Shown: positions 19,684 through 29,322 of the stretch, piece by piece
How positions within the stretch are numbered: position 1 is the first letter of the stretch
Layout: the number at the start of each line of letters is the position of its first letter
NCBI GenBank assembly: GCA_036388065.1
Contig: DASVSP010000061.1
Location: forward strand, 7,703 to 71,702
Length of the DNA stretch: 64,000 nt
DNA from: Allosphingosinicella sp.
GTDB taxonomy: Bacteria > Pseudomonadota > Alphaproteobacteria > Sphingomonadales > Sphingomonadaceae
Direction: 5' to 3'
Notes under the pieces: generated by a model
Told to the model about the DNA's origin: nothing
The model's input: only the letters and a program-made list of their open reading frames with translations
Databases searched by the model: none
Program-made: the position numbers and the translations under genes

Positions 19684-21336
19684 ATGCAGACCGTCGAGAC
19701 GTTGAACCAGGGCCTCTAGCGCGCCTACCGGATCACCATCCCCAAGAAGGAGATCGACGCCCGGGTCGACGGCGAACTGAAGAAGGTCGCTCCTCAGATC
19801 CGGATGCCCGGCTTCCGCCCCGGCAAGGTGCCCGCCAATCTCGTGCGCAAGATGCACGGGCCCGCGATCGAGCAGGAAGCGCTCAACACCGCGGTGCAGG
19901 AGGGCGTTCAGCAACTGATCGCCGAGCAGAAGCTTCGGCCGGCGATGAACCCGCAGGTCCAGCTCGAGGAGGGCGGACCCGGCCAGGACGCGGTCGTCAA
20001 GGTAGAGATCGAGACTTTGCCCGAGGTGCCGGCGCCCCAGATCGACGACCTGAAGCTGGAGCGGCTTCTCGTCGAGCCGAGCCCCGAGGAGGTCGATTCG
20101 GCGATCGCCCGGCTGGCCGAGGGCCAGAAGAGCTTCGATCCGGCCCCCGCCGGAGCGGCGGCCGAATCCGGCGATCTCGTCATCATCGACTATGAAGGAA
20201 GCGTCGACGGCGAGCCGTTCGAAGGCGGCAAGGGCGAATCTATGCGGGTCGAACTCGGCTCGGGCCGGCTCATTCCGGGCTTCGAGGATCAGTTGATCGG
20301 CGCCAAGGCGAACGAGCAGCGCACTTTGAACGTCACCTTCCCGGAGGAATATCCGGTCGCCTACCTGAAGGGCCGCGAGGCCGTGTTCGAAGTCACCGTC
20401 GGCGAGGTCCAGAAGCCGCGGGCGATGCAGATCGACGACAGCTTCGCCCAGTCGATGGGCCTCGAGGGAATCGACCAGCTGCGCGAGCTGATGAAGGGCC
20501 AGGTCGAGCAGGAGCTTGGCGGCCTCACCCGGACCCACATGAAGCGCAGGCTCCTCGACCAGCTCGCCAATAGCCATGATTTCGAGGTCCCGGCCTCGAT
20601 GGTCGAGGCGGAGTTCGCGCAGATCTGGCAGCAGCTCGAGCAGGAAGCGGCCCAAGAGGAGGATCCGGCCGCGGCCCGCGCCGAGATGGAGAGTGAGCGT
20701 GAGGAATATCGGGCGATCTCCGAGCGCCGGGTGCGCCTCGGACTGCTCCTCTCCGAGATCGGGACTCGAAACAACATCTCGATCAACGACAACGAGATGA
20801 ACCAGCTGATCATGCAGGCCTCCCAGCAATACCGCCCGGAGGATCGCCAGAAGTTCGTCGAATATGTGCGCAACGAGCCGATAGCGGCGGCCCAGCTGAG
20901 GGCCCCCTTGTTCGAGGACAAGGTCGTCGACTTCCTCTTCGCAAGGGCCGAGGTCACCGAACGAAAGGTGAGCCGGGAGGCGCTCCAGGCTGAGATCGAG
21001 TCGACGGACGGCGGCCCGGATTCCGGCCACGTCCACGGCCCCGATTGCGACCACGGCCACGACCACGGCCACGTCGAGGCCCCCAAGGCGAAGAAGCCGG
21101 CGTCGAAGAAGGCCAAGGCCGAAGCCGTTCCCGCCGAGACGGGCGAAGCTGAGGCCAGGCCCGCCAGGAAGGGCAAGGCGAAGGCCGTTGCGGCCGAAGC
21201 GGCTCCTGCCGAGGAAGCTGCAGCGGCGGAGGCGCCCGTGAAGAAGGGCAAGGCGAAGAAGGCCGAAGCAGCTGAAGCCGCTCCGGCGGACCAGGCTTCA
21301 GCCAAGAAGCCCAAGGCGAAAAAGAAGGACGCTTGA
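19684..21336 (+). pseudogene. tig: Trigger factor with in-frame TAG at codon 12 (19717-19719); real nonsense allele or sequence error
   Basis: MQTVETLNQGL*RAYRITIP...RMPGFRPGKVP in frame with the 19804 ORF; FKBP domain; His-rich and Lys/Ala-rich tail. Confidence 0.85.
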
Positions 21337-21338
21337 GG

Positions 21339-21411
21339 CCGTTCGGGCTGAGCTTGTCGAAGCCCTCTCCTTCACTCAAAGAGGGGCCTTCGACAGGCTC
21401 AGGCCGAACGG
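21339..21411. repeat. REP family C
   Basis: Same arms as 17427. Confidence 0.85.
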
Positions 21412-21432
21412 TTGAGGGGGCAGGGGTTGCCG

Positions 21433-22374
21433 GTGGATCAGTCGCAGCTCAGAATCGCCGTCCTTCTCCCTTGCTTCAACGAGGAAGCGGCGATCGGCCA
21501 GACGGTGGCGGCGTTCAAGGCGGCCCTGCCGTCGGCGCGGCTCTACGTCTACGACAATAACAGCCGTGATCGAACGCGCGAACTCGCCGAGGGGGCAGGC
21601 GCGACCGTCCGCGAAGAGCGGATGCAGGGCAAGGGCCATGTCGTACGGCGGATGTTCGCCGACATCGAGGCGGACGTCTATGTCATGGCCGACGGCGACT
21701 CGACCTACGACGCGGCCGCGGCGCCCGAGCTCGTCCGGCGTCTCGTCGAGGAGCGGCTCGACATGGTCGTCGGAGCCCGCAAATCCGAGGTCGAGGAGGC
21801 GTATCGGCGCGGCCACCGACTCGGCAACCGGCTGTTCACCGGGATCCTCGCCGGCTTGTTCGGCCGGAGCTTCACCGACATCTTCTCGGGCTATCGGGTG
21901 TTCTCCCGCCGCTTCGTCAAGAGCTTCCCCGCTCTCTCTCGCGGCTTCGAGACCGAAACCGAGATCAGCGTCCACGCGCTCGAGCTGGCAATGCCGGTCG
22001 CCGAGGTGGTGACCGCCTACGGCGCCCGCCCCGAAGGCTCCGAGTCGAAGCTTTCGACCTACCGCGACGGCTGGCGGATCATGCGCACCATCCTGCACCT
22101 GTTCCGGATCGAGCGCCCGGACCTCTTCTACGGCGGCTTCGCGGCCTTCCTCGCAGCGCTTGCCCTGGTCCTCGCCGTCCCGCTCGTCGTCACCTACGCC
22201 GCGACCGGGCTGGTGCCCCGCTTCCCCACCGCCATCCTGGTCACCGGGCTGATGGTCGTCGCCTTCCTGAGCTTCGGAGTAGGGCTGATCCTGGACACCG
22301 TGGTCCGCGGGCGGCGCGAAGTGCGGCGGCTGGCCTATCTGAGCTTCCCGGCGGTGGGCGAGGGGACGGATTAG
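21433..22374 (+). CDS. GT2 glycosyltransferase (DPM/GtrB-like, 2 C-terminal TM)
   Basis: LPCFNEE, YDNNSRD, MADGD, SGYRVF. Confidence 0.9.
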   Translation: MDQSQLRIAVLLPCFNEEAAIGQTVAAFKAALPSARLYVYDNNSRDRTRELAEGAGATVREERMQGKGHVVRRMFADIEADVYVMADGDSTYDAAAAPELVRRLVEERLDMVVGARKSEVEEAYRRGHRLGNRLFTGILAGLFGRSFTDIFSGYRVFSRRFVKSFPALSRGFETETEISVHALELAMPVAEVVTAYGARPEGSESKLSTYRDGWRIMRTILHLFRIERPDLFYGGFAAFLAALALVLAVPLVVTYAATGLVPRFPTAILVTGLMVVAFLSFGVGLILDTVVRGRREVRRLAYLSFPAVGEGTD

Positions 22375-22441
22375 CGCCAAGGTAACGCTCTCGCGCTAAA
22401 CCGCTTCGGCGAGCCCGCTGTCGGGGGATGGGGAGGGAATC

Positions 22442-22699
22442 TTGGCGCTCTACAAATATTCGAACTATTTGAAGCCGAGCAAGAATTCGACTTTCGACCA
22501 GGTGCTTCCCGCCGGCCTTCACATACCGAGCGGAGGAATCTACCGCTGCGTCGGTTGCGGCAACGAGATCGCTCAGGAAGGCAACACCGTCCTGCCCGAC
22601 CGCCAGCACCATCCGCACAATCCGGGCCAGGGCGAAGTCCGCTGGCAGCTCGTCCTCGCCACCGAGTCGAACGTCCCGGTCCCTTATCTCCACGGTTGA
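22442..22699 (+). CDS. Small metal-binding protein ('protein L'/YjzC-like)
   Basis: TTG start after GGAGGG; PSGGIYRCVGCGNE...QHHPH...VRWQLV. Confidence 0.7.
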   Translation: MALYKYSNYLKPSKNSTFDQVLPAGLHIPSGGIYRCVGCGNEIAQEGNTVLPDRQHHPHNPGQGEVRWQLVLATESNVPVPYLHG

Positions 22700-22774
22700 T
22701 CGACGGGCGGGAACGCGTTCCACGGCTCCGGCGGAAAAGATGTATGATGCCGCGGAGATTCGGCCGGCGGGAGA

Positions 22775-23173
22775 ATGAGAGTGGACCGATTCACCGGCTC
22801 ATGCCTGTGCGGAAACGTCCGGATCGAAGCGGCGGGCCGTCCCTATCGGGTGGGGCTTTGCCATTGCCTCGGCTGCCGCAAGCATCATGGGGCCCTTTTC
22901 CATGCATCCGCCGTCTTCCCCGAGGCTTCGGTCGAGGTGGAAGGCGAGACTCGCGATTATGCCGGCCGGTTCTTCTGCCCGCGCTGCGGCTCGTCGGTCT
23001 TCGGACGAACCGGGGACGAGGTCGAAGTCAATCTGGGGTCGCTCGATTCGCCGGGCCCGCTCGTCCCAACCTACGAACTCTGGACCGTCCGCCGCGAATC
23101 TTGGTTGCCTGAGTTCCCGCTCCTCCGAAGGAATGCGCGCGACCGCGAGTCGACGGGCCGCCTCGAGGAATAA
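22775..23173 (+). CDS. GFA/CENP-V family Zn protein
   Basis: GSCLCG, CHCLGCRK, FCPRCGS. Confidence 0.9.
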   Translation: MRVDRFTGSCLCGNVRIEAAGRPYRVGLCHCLGCRKHHGALFHASAVFPEASVEVEGETRDYAGRFFCPRCGSSVFGRTGDEVEVNLGSLDSPGPLVPTYELWTVRRESWLPEFPLLRRNARDRESTGRLEE

Positions 23174-23200
23174 CGCGGACTCGCGAAAAGCGGCCCTGCC

Positions 23201-23674
23201 TCAGTAGTCGAACAGCATTACGGTCAGCATCACGCAGGCCAGCCAGACGACGACCAGCACGGCGGGCAGATAGAGATACTTTTTCCGCCACGGGCGGTTG
23301 CGGTGCCAGAAGGTGATGGGCGGAACCGTGTCGAGGAAGCGCATGAAGCGCAGATGGTCCGCGTCGGTGCGGCCGCCGATCGGGGCCGGCGGGTCGATGT
23401 CCCTTTTGTAGCGCGGCCGCCGCGCGTCGAGGCCCTCGATATCGCCGTTGGCGTGAAGCACCAGGTCGGGCGCGAGTCCGAGATGGCGGAGCACCACTCG
23501 GTCGGGATTGGCGGAAGCGCCGAGCTGGGCCGTGTAGCCGCGCCGGACCAGGGCGTGAAGCCGCTCCAGCGCCGGCGAAGAGCCCGCCTCCACCGGAGCA
23601 AGGCGGCCGCCCGTTTCCTCCCGAAATACGGTCGTCCGGGTCCTGACGGGGGCGATCTCAATCTCGTCGGTCAT
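23201..23674 (-). CDS. Hypothetical protein with C-terminal TM
   Basis: 157 aa ORF with hydrophobic C-terminus. Confidence 0.6.
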   Translation of the reverse strand: MTDEIEIAPVRTRTTVFREETGGRLAPVEAGSSPALERLHALVRRGYTAQLGASANPDRVVLRHLGLAPDLVLHANGDIEGLDARRPRYKRDIDPPAPIGGRTDADHLRFMRFLDTVPPITFWHRNRPWRKKYLYLPAVLVVVWLACVMLTVMLFDY

Positions 23675-24024
23675 TCGGCAGGCCTAGCATGAGAGTGTTA
23701 GCCTTGCAACACACCTTGAAGGCGCTGCGGCGCCGCCATCCCTCACTGCCCATTGGCTTGATCTCGCTGGTGTGGCTTTTAAGACCCCGCGCTACCTTTA
23801 AGACCACGCGCTACTTTTTCTAGAATCCATCGCGAGCGACCATCGTACTCGCTGGAAAGCAGGGAGCATTCGTCGGCAAGGGGGCCAAATAGACTGGGCC
23901 AAAGGCGAGTTCCTCAAGTCCCCTCGGCCGCCGTCTTTGCTGGAACACAGAAAAACCGAAATACACTTGCAAGTATTGGATTGTAGCATCACTAGGCGAG
24001 CCTGCCCGGGCGAGGTGTGCGTCT

Positions 24025-24222
24025 ATGGAAATCCGGAAAATGCAGGCGGCCGCAATGCGCCAGCGCGCGCAAAGCCTTCGCAAGGCCGCCAGCGGCTTTT
24101 CGACAGGAGTCTCCCGAACCCTGATCGAGCTCGCCGATTCGATCGAGGCCGAAGCGGCCTTGCTGGAATCCAAGGCGGCAGGGAAGGGCGGTGGGCGAGA
24201 TGGCGACGGCCCTGCCGGGTAA
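24025..24222 (+). CDS. Small helical hypothetical protein
   Basis: AMRQRAQSLRKAA...LIELADSIEAEA; GAGG upstream. Confidence 0.5.
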   Translation: MEIRKMQAAAMRQRAQSLRKAASGFSTGVSRTLIELADSIEAEAALLESKAAGKGGGRDGDGPAG

Positions 24223-24407
24223 CGCCGGCCGGCCATCGTCGAGCAGTATCAACGGTTTAGCATTGATCCCAGACGCTGCGGCCCAGCCAGTCCGAGTTGA
24301 ATGGCTTCGTCCCCATGGCGGGATCGGGCGCTTGCGGACGAAGCGCCCGGTCCTCTGTCATGCCTGATCGGGATTGCGACCGCGATCGCCCCGAGCGGTC
24401 TGCGTCG

Positions 24408-25091
24408 TCACTCCTGAGGCGCCGCCTTGAGCAGCAGATCGAGCTGGGATTGGCAGCCATTGTCGATGAGCGTCTTGGCAAGCACGGTCGGGTCCTCGCT
24501 CACCGCGGCCAGGGTCTTGAATTTGAGCCTCGTCGACTGGCCCGCCTCCTCCCACTTCAGTGAAAATTCGTCGCCGTCGGCGATCGGAAGCTGCTGCGGC
24601 CAGCGCTGCACCAATCGACCGGCGGGCCAGGCGACGGGCTGCCCTGCGCCTCCGGCGGGAATCACCTGGAGCGTGCCGTCGTCGGCGGCGGCGGGGCGCC
24701 AGAGGACGACCCGGGCGGGATCGGAGAGGCAGACATTGCCGCTCTTCGATACGTCGACGTCCCAAAGGCCCGGAGACGGCGGCACTTCCGGCCCGCGCAT
24801 CGCGCTGAAGCGGGAACGCGCGTTGAACGCCGGTGCGGTGCCTCCCCCGGCCACCCTGAAGGTGCCGGGCCCGCGCAGGGTCCGAGCTCCGGACGGGGCA
24901 AGCACGGTGACGACGTCGCCGGCCTTCAAGATCACGGGCGTGTTCTCGCCGACCGCCCGGCCCGGCGGATAGGATTTGGCCGACGGTCCGGCCGAACGAA
25001 CCACCAGCGGAGTCGCCACCAGGGCGGCGGGAGCCGCAACCATGGCCGCCGCCGCGGCCGCCCTGAACGCTGTGCGCGCGAAACTTTCCAT
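24408..25091 (-). CDS. Secreted hypothetical protein
   Basis: Ala-rich signal peptide; VVRSAGPSAKSYPPG...LKAGDVVTVL...RTLRGPG; C-terminal NGCQSQLD. Confidence 0.75.
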   Translation of the reverse strand: MESFARTAFRAAAAAAMVAAPAALVATPLVVRSAGPSAKSYPPGRAVGENTPVILKAGDVVTVLAPSGARTLRGPGTFRVAGGGTAPAFNARSRFSAMRGPEVPPSPGLWDVDVSKSGNVCLSDPARVVLWRPAAADDGTLQVIPAGGAGQPVAWPAGRLVQRWPQQLPIADGDEFSLKWEEAGQSTRLKFKTLAAVSEDPTVLAKTLIDNGCQSQLDLLLKAAPQE

Positions 25092-25190
25092 CGATCTGCC
25101 TTCCATCCCGGAATTGCGTAAAACCACTTCGGAAAGACCGGTTAATCCTGCCCTGTTGCAGCTTCATGCCGGAGCCCGCGGGCGAGTGTT

Positions 25191-27101
25191 TCAATTGTGT
25201 CCGGGCGGGCTCGCAGCGAAGCGGGACAGGAGCGCGTCGATCTGTCTTTGCTGGCGGGCGATCGCGTCCGTCACCTCGGCCTCGCGCGCCTGGCGCGCCA
25301 GGACCACCCGGACGGCGCGCGCGATCGGGGCGGCAAGCTCGTCGAGCGCGTCGAGCTCCGCCGTGCTGAGCCTCGACCGGTCGGGGTGTGGGCCGAGCAG
25401 GATCCAGCCTAGGCACGTGCCGTCGTCGAGGCTGAGCGGTCGCCGGAGCGGAAAGAAGGAATCGCCCGTCTCGACGCCCGAGGAGCAGGCGGGATCCAGC
25501 GCAGTCCTGTGCAGCCAGGCCTCCACCTCCGCCGCCCCGGTCCCCCGGCTCCCTGCGACCGTGCCGTCGAGAACCAGCGCCAGCCGGGCCGAGCGAACGC
25601 CCGAAGAAATCCGCTTCAGTATCTCTTCGACGAGTTCCGGGAGGGTGGCGAAGTGGCGGAGGTCGCGAAGGCAGTCGGGAAGGTCGCGGCGCATCTCGAC
25701 CAGCTTGCGCTGGAAGCGCCGCTCGGCCCAGCCCTGGACCCGCTCGTAGATCGGATTGATCATCACCGTCGACAAGGCGGCCCCGACGATCGGAGCGATC
25801 GAGCCCGCGTCGCGCCCGAAGAAGCGAAGGATCACCTCCTTAACGCCCTCCATCGTCGCGGCGAAGATCCCCGCCAGGATGACCGCGATGAGGGCGAAGG
25901 AGGCGGAGCGGCTGATCGCCACCTCGGCGTCGTAGAGCCGGTAGCGGAGCAGCGCGACAAGCAGTCCGGCCTGGAGCAGCAGGAAGGCCAGCCCGAATGC
26001 GAAGCCGGCCGCGACCTCGAGGAAAAGCTGCTGGGCGAGGCCCGAGGCCCCCGCCTTCAGGATGTCGGCGGTGATCGAGACCCCGACGAAGAAGACGTAG
26101 CCCGAAAAGCCGAATACCGCCCATTTGAGCTGCTGGCGTTCGTCGCCCGAAGCGCTTCTCAGCCGCCATAGGAAGAGGAGGACCGAGGCGGCCATCGCCG
26201 CGATCAGCACCGCGCGGTAGAAATCGCCCTCGAGGAACAGCAGCAGCGGCAAGGCGGCGAGAAGCCCGATCGTGATCCTCGGCGACAGCCGGCCGTGCGG
26301 GAAGAGCAATATTCCGCCGATCAGGAGGATGTTGGCGAGGTCGTAGAGCGCCTGATGGACTCCTTCGGGCAGCTCGAGGACGAGCGCGAGGAAGGTCGCC
26401 GAGGGCTGCTCGGTCGCCATGGTGAGCAGGATCGCCAGCGAGACGACCGAGCTGACCACATCCTCGCGCTTGCGGCGGAACAGCAGCCAGGCCGAGATCA
26501 GCAGGAAGGGGTAGGTTGCGAGGTGGATGAGGTCGATGAAGCTCAAAAGCCCCGGCGGCAGTCCGATCGATCGGGCGGCGCGCTCGATATGGGCCTCGCC
26601 GGTCCGAATCGCGAGCTCGCGTGTCCGCCCGTCGCTCGAGCGCAGGGTGAGCGAGACCTCCCGGTCCTCCGAGCCGCTCATAAGGTCGTTGAACAGCAAT
26701 CGGTCGGTCTCGTTGCCCGCCCCCGCCGCACCGGCGCGCGAGCCCGGCATGGCCACCACGTCGGACACCGGGATGGTGTCGATCGCGACGATGTCGTCGC
26801 CGGCGCGGATCCCGGCCGAGGCCGCGGCCGGCCCGACCGGGAATCGGATCCGAGTCAGATCCTGTTCGGCCAGAGCCACCCCGGCGCGGCTCCCGGAGAC
26901 GAGGCCGCTGTTTCGCCCCGCCTCGTCGAAACGCTGCCAGGTCCCGGCGATTGGCCCGATCATTGCCAGCGCGAAGGCCGCGAACCAGACGATCCTGAAG
27001 AGGAAGAAGCCGCGCGGCCCGAAATCGGGGATCCGGCTCGGAAGCCTCAGCGGCAAGCGCCGTGCGGGCGGCCCGCTCTCGGACGCGATTTCAACTGCCA
27101 T
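25191..27101 (-). CDS. Multi-TM membrane protein with PDZ-like periplasmic and GAF-like C-terminal regions
   Basis: PAASAGIRAGDDIVAID (PDZ), multiple TM, LLRYRLYD, LGWILLGP. Confidence 0.75.
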   Translation of the reverse strand: MAVEIASESGPPARRLPLRLPSRIPDFGPRGFFLFRIVWFAAFALAMIGPIAGTWQRFDEAGRNSGLVSGSRAGVALAEQDLTRIRFPVGPAAASAGIRAGDDIVAIDTIPVSDVVAMPGSRAGAAGAGNETDRLLFNDLMSGSEDREVSLTLRSSDGRTRELAIRTGEAHIERAARSIGLPPGLLSFIDLIHLATYPFLLISAWLLFRRKREDVVSSVVSLAILLTMATEQPSATFLALVLELPEGVHQALYDLANILLIGGILLFPHGRLSPRITIGLLAALPLLLFLEGDFYRAVLIAAMAASVLLFLWRLRSASGDERQQLKWAVFGFSGYVFFVGVSITADILKAGASGLAQQLFLEVAAGFAFGLAFLLLQAGLLVALLRYRLYDAEVAISRSASFALIAVILAGIFAATMEGVKEVILRFFGRDAGSIAPIVGAALSTVMINPIYERVQGWAERRFQRKLVEMRRDLPDCLRDLRHFATLPELVEEILKRISSGVRSARLALVLDGTVAGSRGTGAAEVEAWLHRTALDPACSSGVETGDSFFPLRRPLSLDDGTCLGWILLGPHPDRSRLSTAELDALDELAAPIARAVRVVLARQAREAEVTDAIARQQRQIDALLSRFAASPPGHN

Positions 27102-27463
27102 CCCCGCAAGCGCCCCAGCTGCAACGATCCTTCGGCATCGGTGGATAGCATAAGCGGGGGCGGCGACCATCGGGATAATCGCGGGTGCCTCAGCGAGGTC
27201 CGTGACGGGCAGTCGCGAGGGCGCCTTTGTCTTCCCTCCTTCAAGGGAGTGCAGCTACTCCCGGCGGCGCCGCCCTCTCCCTTCCCTGGAAGGGACGGGC
27301 GGCGGGTTGTTAGCCGAGCGCAGCGAGCAGTTGTGCTTCACGGCCGACCGGGCCTGGATTTTTGGAAAGACGTACCCGAAGGTACAAGGGCCGCACCACG
27401 CGATCCGGTCAAGACGGACCTTGAACGCGCTCTGGTGAAGGGAGCAGGTCAGGGCCTCAGGGT

Positions 27464-28177
27464 TCAGCGGTCGCGGTCGCGCTTGCTGCGCTCCACGGCA
27501 TAGCCATCCACGTGGGTTTCGCGGACCGGCACTCCTATTGCATGCAGGCGGTTCCGGATCACGGCCCGATCGGGTTCCGCCATTCTTGCGCCGAGATAGA
27601 CGGATGAGACGGCAGCGTTGTCGTAGCGGACCCTGCCGCTTCGCTCCGCGAACAGTCGCCATTCCCGCTCGTACGACCATCTCAGGCTCTTGGTGGAGAG
27701 AATGGAACGCGGCCGCTCGTCGCGCTCCAGATCGGCAGTGATCAGGTGGTAGGGCTTGTCCCCGTAGGCAATGCGCGAAAGCGCACAGCTTTCCGGCAGC
27801 CCTTCCAGCAGCCTTGTGAAAGAGTAGCTGATGCAGATGCCGCGGAAGCTGTCCGCGTAATGGGCCCACATCAATTCATTGCTCCACGACTCGCACAAGG
27901 AGGCGATTCCGAGCCTGACCTTCTGGCGTCGGATCGACTCCACCAGGTCCTCATAGTCCGGTCGCCGGGCCAGCCGGGTGCTTGCCCGGTAGAAACCCTC
28001 CATCGGATCATTCATTCGGGTGAATATCGGACAATAAATATATCTGTTTTCGATCGCGTCCAATTCGCGGTCGAGCAGTTTCGGATTCACTCGGGCCTCG
28101 TCGCCGATGGTAGTGCTGCCCAAGCTGCGATAACGGTAGAGACGCCCGGGTCTGGCATAAGTCTCGATGGTCGCCAT
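27464..28177 (-). CDS. DUF2971 domain protein
   Basis: MNDPME, LMWAHYADSFRGICI, KSLRWSYEREWR. Confidence 0.85.
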   Translation of the reverse strand: MATIETYARPGRLYRYRSLGSTTIGDEARVNPKLLDRELDAIENRYIYCPIFTRMNDPMEGFYRASTRLARRPDYEDLVESIRRQKVRLGIASLCESWSNELMWAHYADSFRGICISYSFTRLLEGLPESCALSRIAYGDKPYHLITADLERDERPRSILSTKSLRWSYEREWRLFAERSGRVRYDNAAVSSVYLGARMAEPDRAVIRNRLHAIGVPVRETHVDGYAVERSKRDRDR

Positions 28178-28524
28178 ATTACCTCTGAGCCGCGGGCGCT
28201 CGGTCCTCATAGCAGAAAGAGAGGCGCCGCGCGCGCCCCTTGGGCGCGCCGGGCGGAGCCGGTCGCGCTTTGGTTCGAGACCGGCCGCACGAAAGCTTGC
28301 GGGCGCCTTTCCCGAGCTCGAGGACGCGTTGTGCGCGATGACTTATTCGGGATTCGAAGGCGCCTCCGATTCGCGCGACCGGGCCGACGGGATGGTCTGG
28401 GGATGACCGCGCTGTTCTAGCCGAGGGCCGAGCCTAGGATCAGGCGGCTTCGAGGCTTTGCGAAAAACGGTGCCAGGCACCGATGTCTAAAGCGTTGATT
28501 TTGCTGGGCGGGGCGGGGCTGTCT

Positions 28525-28550
28525 GGAACGAAGCGTGGCGGATTCCCATT
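28525..28550 (+). promoter_or_regulatory. Putative EcfG/sigma-T (general stress) promoter
   Basis: GGAAC-N17-CATT about 30 nt upstream of the TraR/DksA-family gene. Confidence 0.55.
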
Positions 28551-28578
28551 TAGACGGGAGACGAAAAGGAGCTTGGCC

Positions 28579-28848
28579 ATGGCGGGCGGATGGGCGCGCG
28601 ACGGCGCGGTGCAGGATCAGATCGACGATACGGTGAAGGACGCGGTGCTGAGCGCGCGCGCCCGGCTGCCGGCCGGGGAGGGCTCGGAATATTGCGAGGA
28701 TTGCGGCGAGCTCATTCCGGAGCGGCGCCGGGAAGCGCTTCCCGGGACCCGGACCTGCGTGGCCTGCCAGTCGGAGCGCGACGCGGAGTCGAGGCGCTCG
28801 GGCGCCGGGTTCAACCGGCGCGGAAGCAAGGACAGCCAGTTGCGCTGA
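28579..28848 (+). CDS. DksA/TraR C4-type zinc finger protein (YbiI-like)
   Basis: MAGGWARDGAVQDQID, CEDC...CVAC, RRGSKDSQLR. Confidence 0.9.
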   Translation: MAGGWARDGAVQDQIDDTVKDAVLSARARLPAGEGSEYCEDCGELIPERRREALPGTRTCVACQSERDAESRRSGAGFNRRGSKDSQLR

Positions 28849-28866
28849 TTTTTGCCTGGAAGGGAG

Positions 28867-29268
28867 TTAGCCCTGCTCGCTGAAGCCGGAATATCGGATG
28901 GTGAGCTCATCCCCCTCGGCGATGTCGCGGCGTGCGACGAAGCAGAGATCGGCGGTGCTTTCGACATTGGCCTCGGCGCCGGGCGCCGGCTCGTTCAGGT
29001 ACCAGCCCGGGGTGAGATTGTGGAAATTGGCCGGACAGCCGATCCGGTCGCCTCGGTGGATCCCGAAATCGTGATAGAAAGCGCGTTGGGCCGAAGTGAG
29101 GTTCGAGCGGTCCAGCTCGGCCTTGCTCACCCAGACGAGCGGCACCAGATCGTTGGCGAAGATGTCGGTCCCCGCAGGGATCGCGCGGATCGCGAACACT
29201 CCGATTCCGTGCACCGCCGACAGGCCGAGCCGGACATAGACTTGCTCATGGGGCAGCTTGGCGGTCAT
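28867..29268 (-). CDS. SET domain protein
   Basis: SAVHGIGVFA, YLNEP...ANV, ARRDIAEGDELTIRY. Confidence 0.85.
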   Translation of the reverse strand: MTAKLPHEQVYVRLGLSAVHGIGVFAIRAIPAGTDIFANDLVPLVWVSKAELDRSNLTSAQRAFYHDFGIHRGDRIGCPANFHNLTPGWYLNEPAPGAEANVESTADLCFVARRDIAEGDELTIRYSGFSEQG

Positions 29269-29322
29269 CTGCTCTCCCGGGGGCAAGCCGGACCGGCCGA
29301 GCGCCCGCAAACGGCAATGGGC

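Noticed and set aside
19538-19719. Adjacent tRNA-Leu(TAG) acting as amber suppressor for the tig stop, or genome-wide TAG recoding
   Set aside because: Anticodon UAG reads CUA codons (a suppressor needs anticodon CUA); TAG ends many normal genes here (mltG, dgt, A2-A4).
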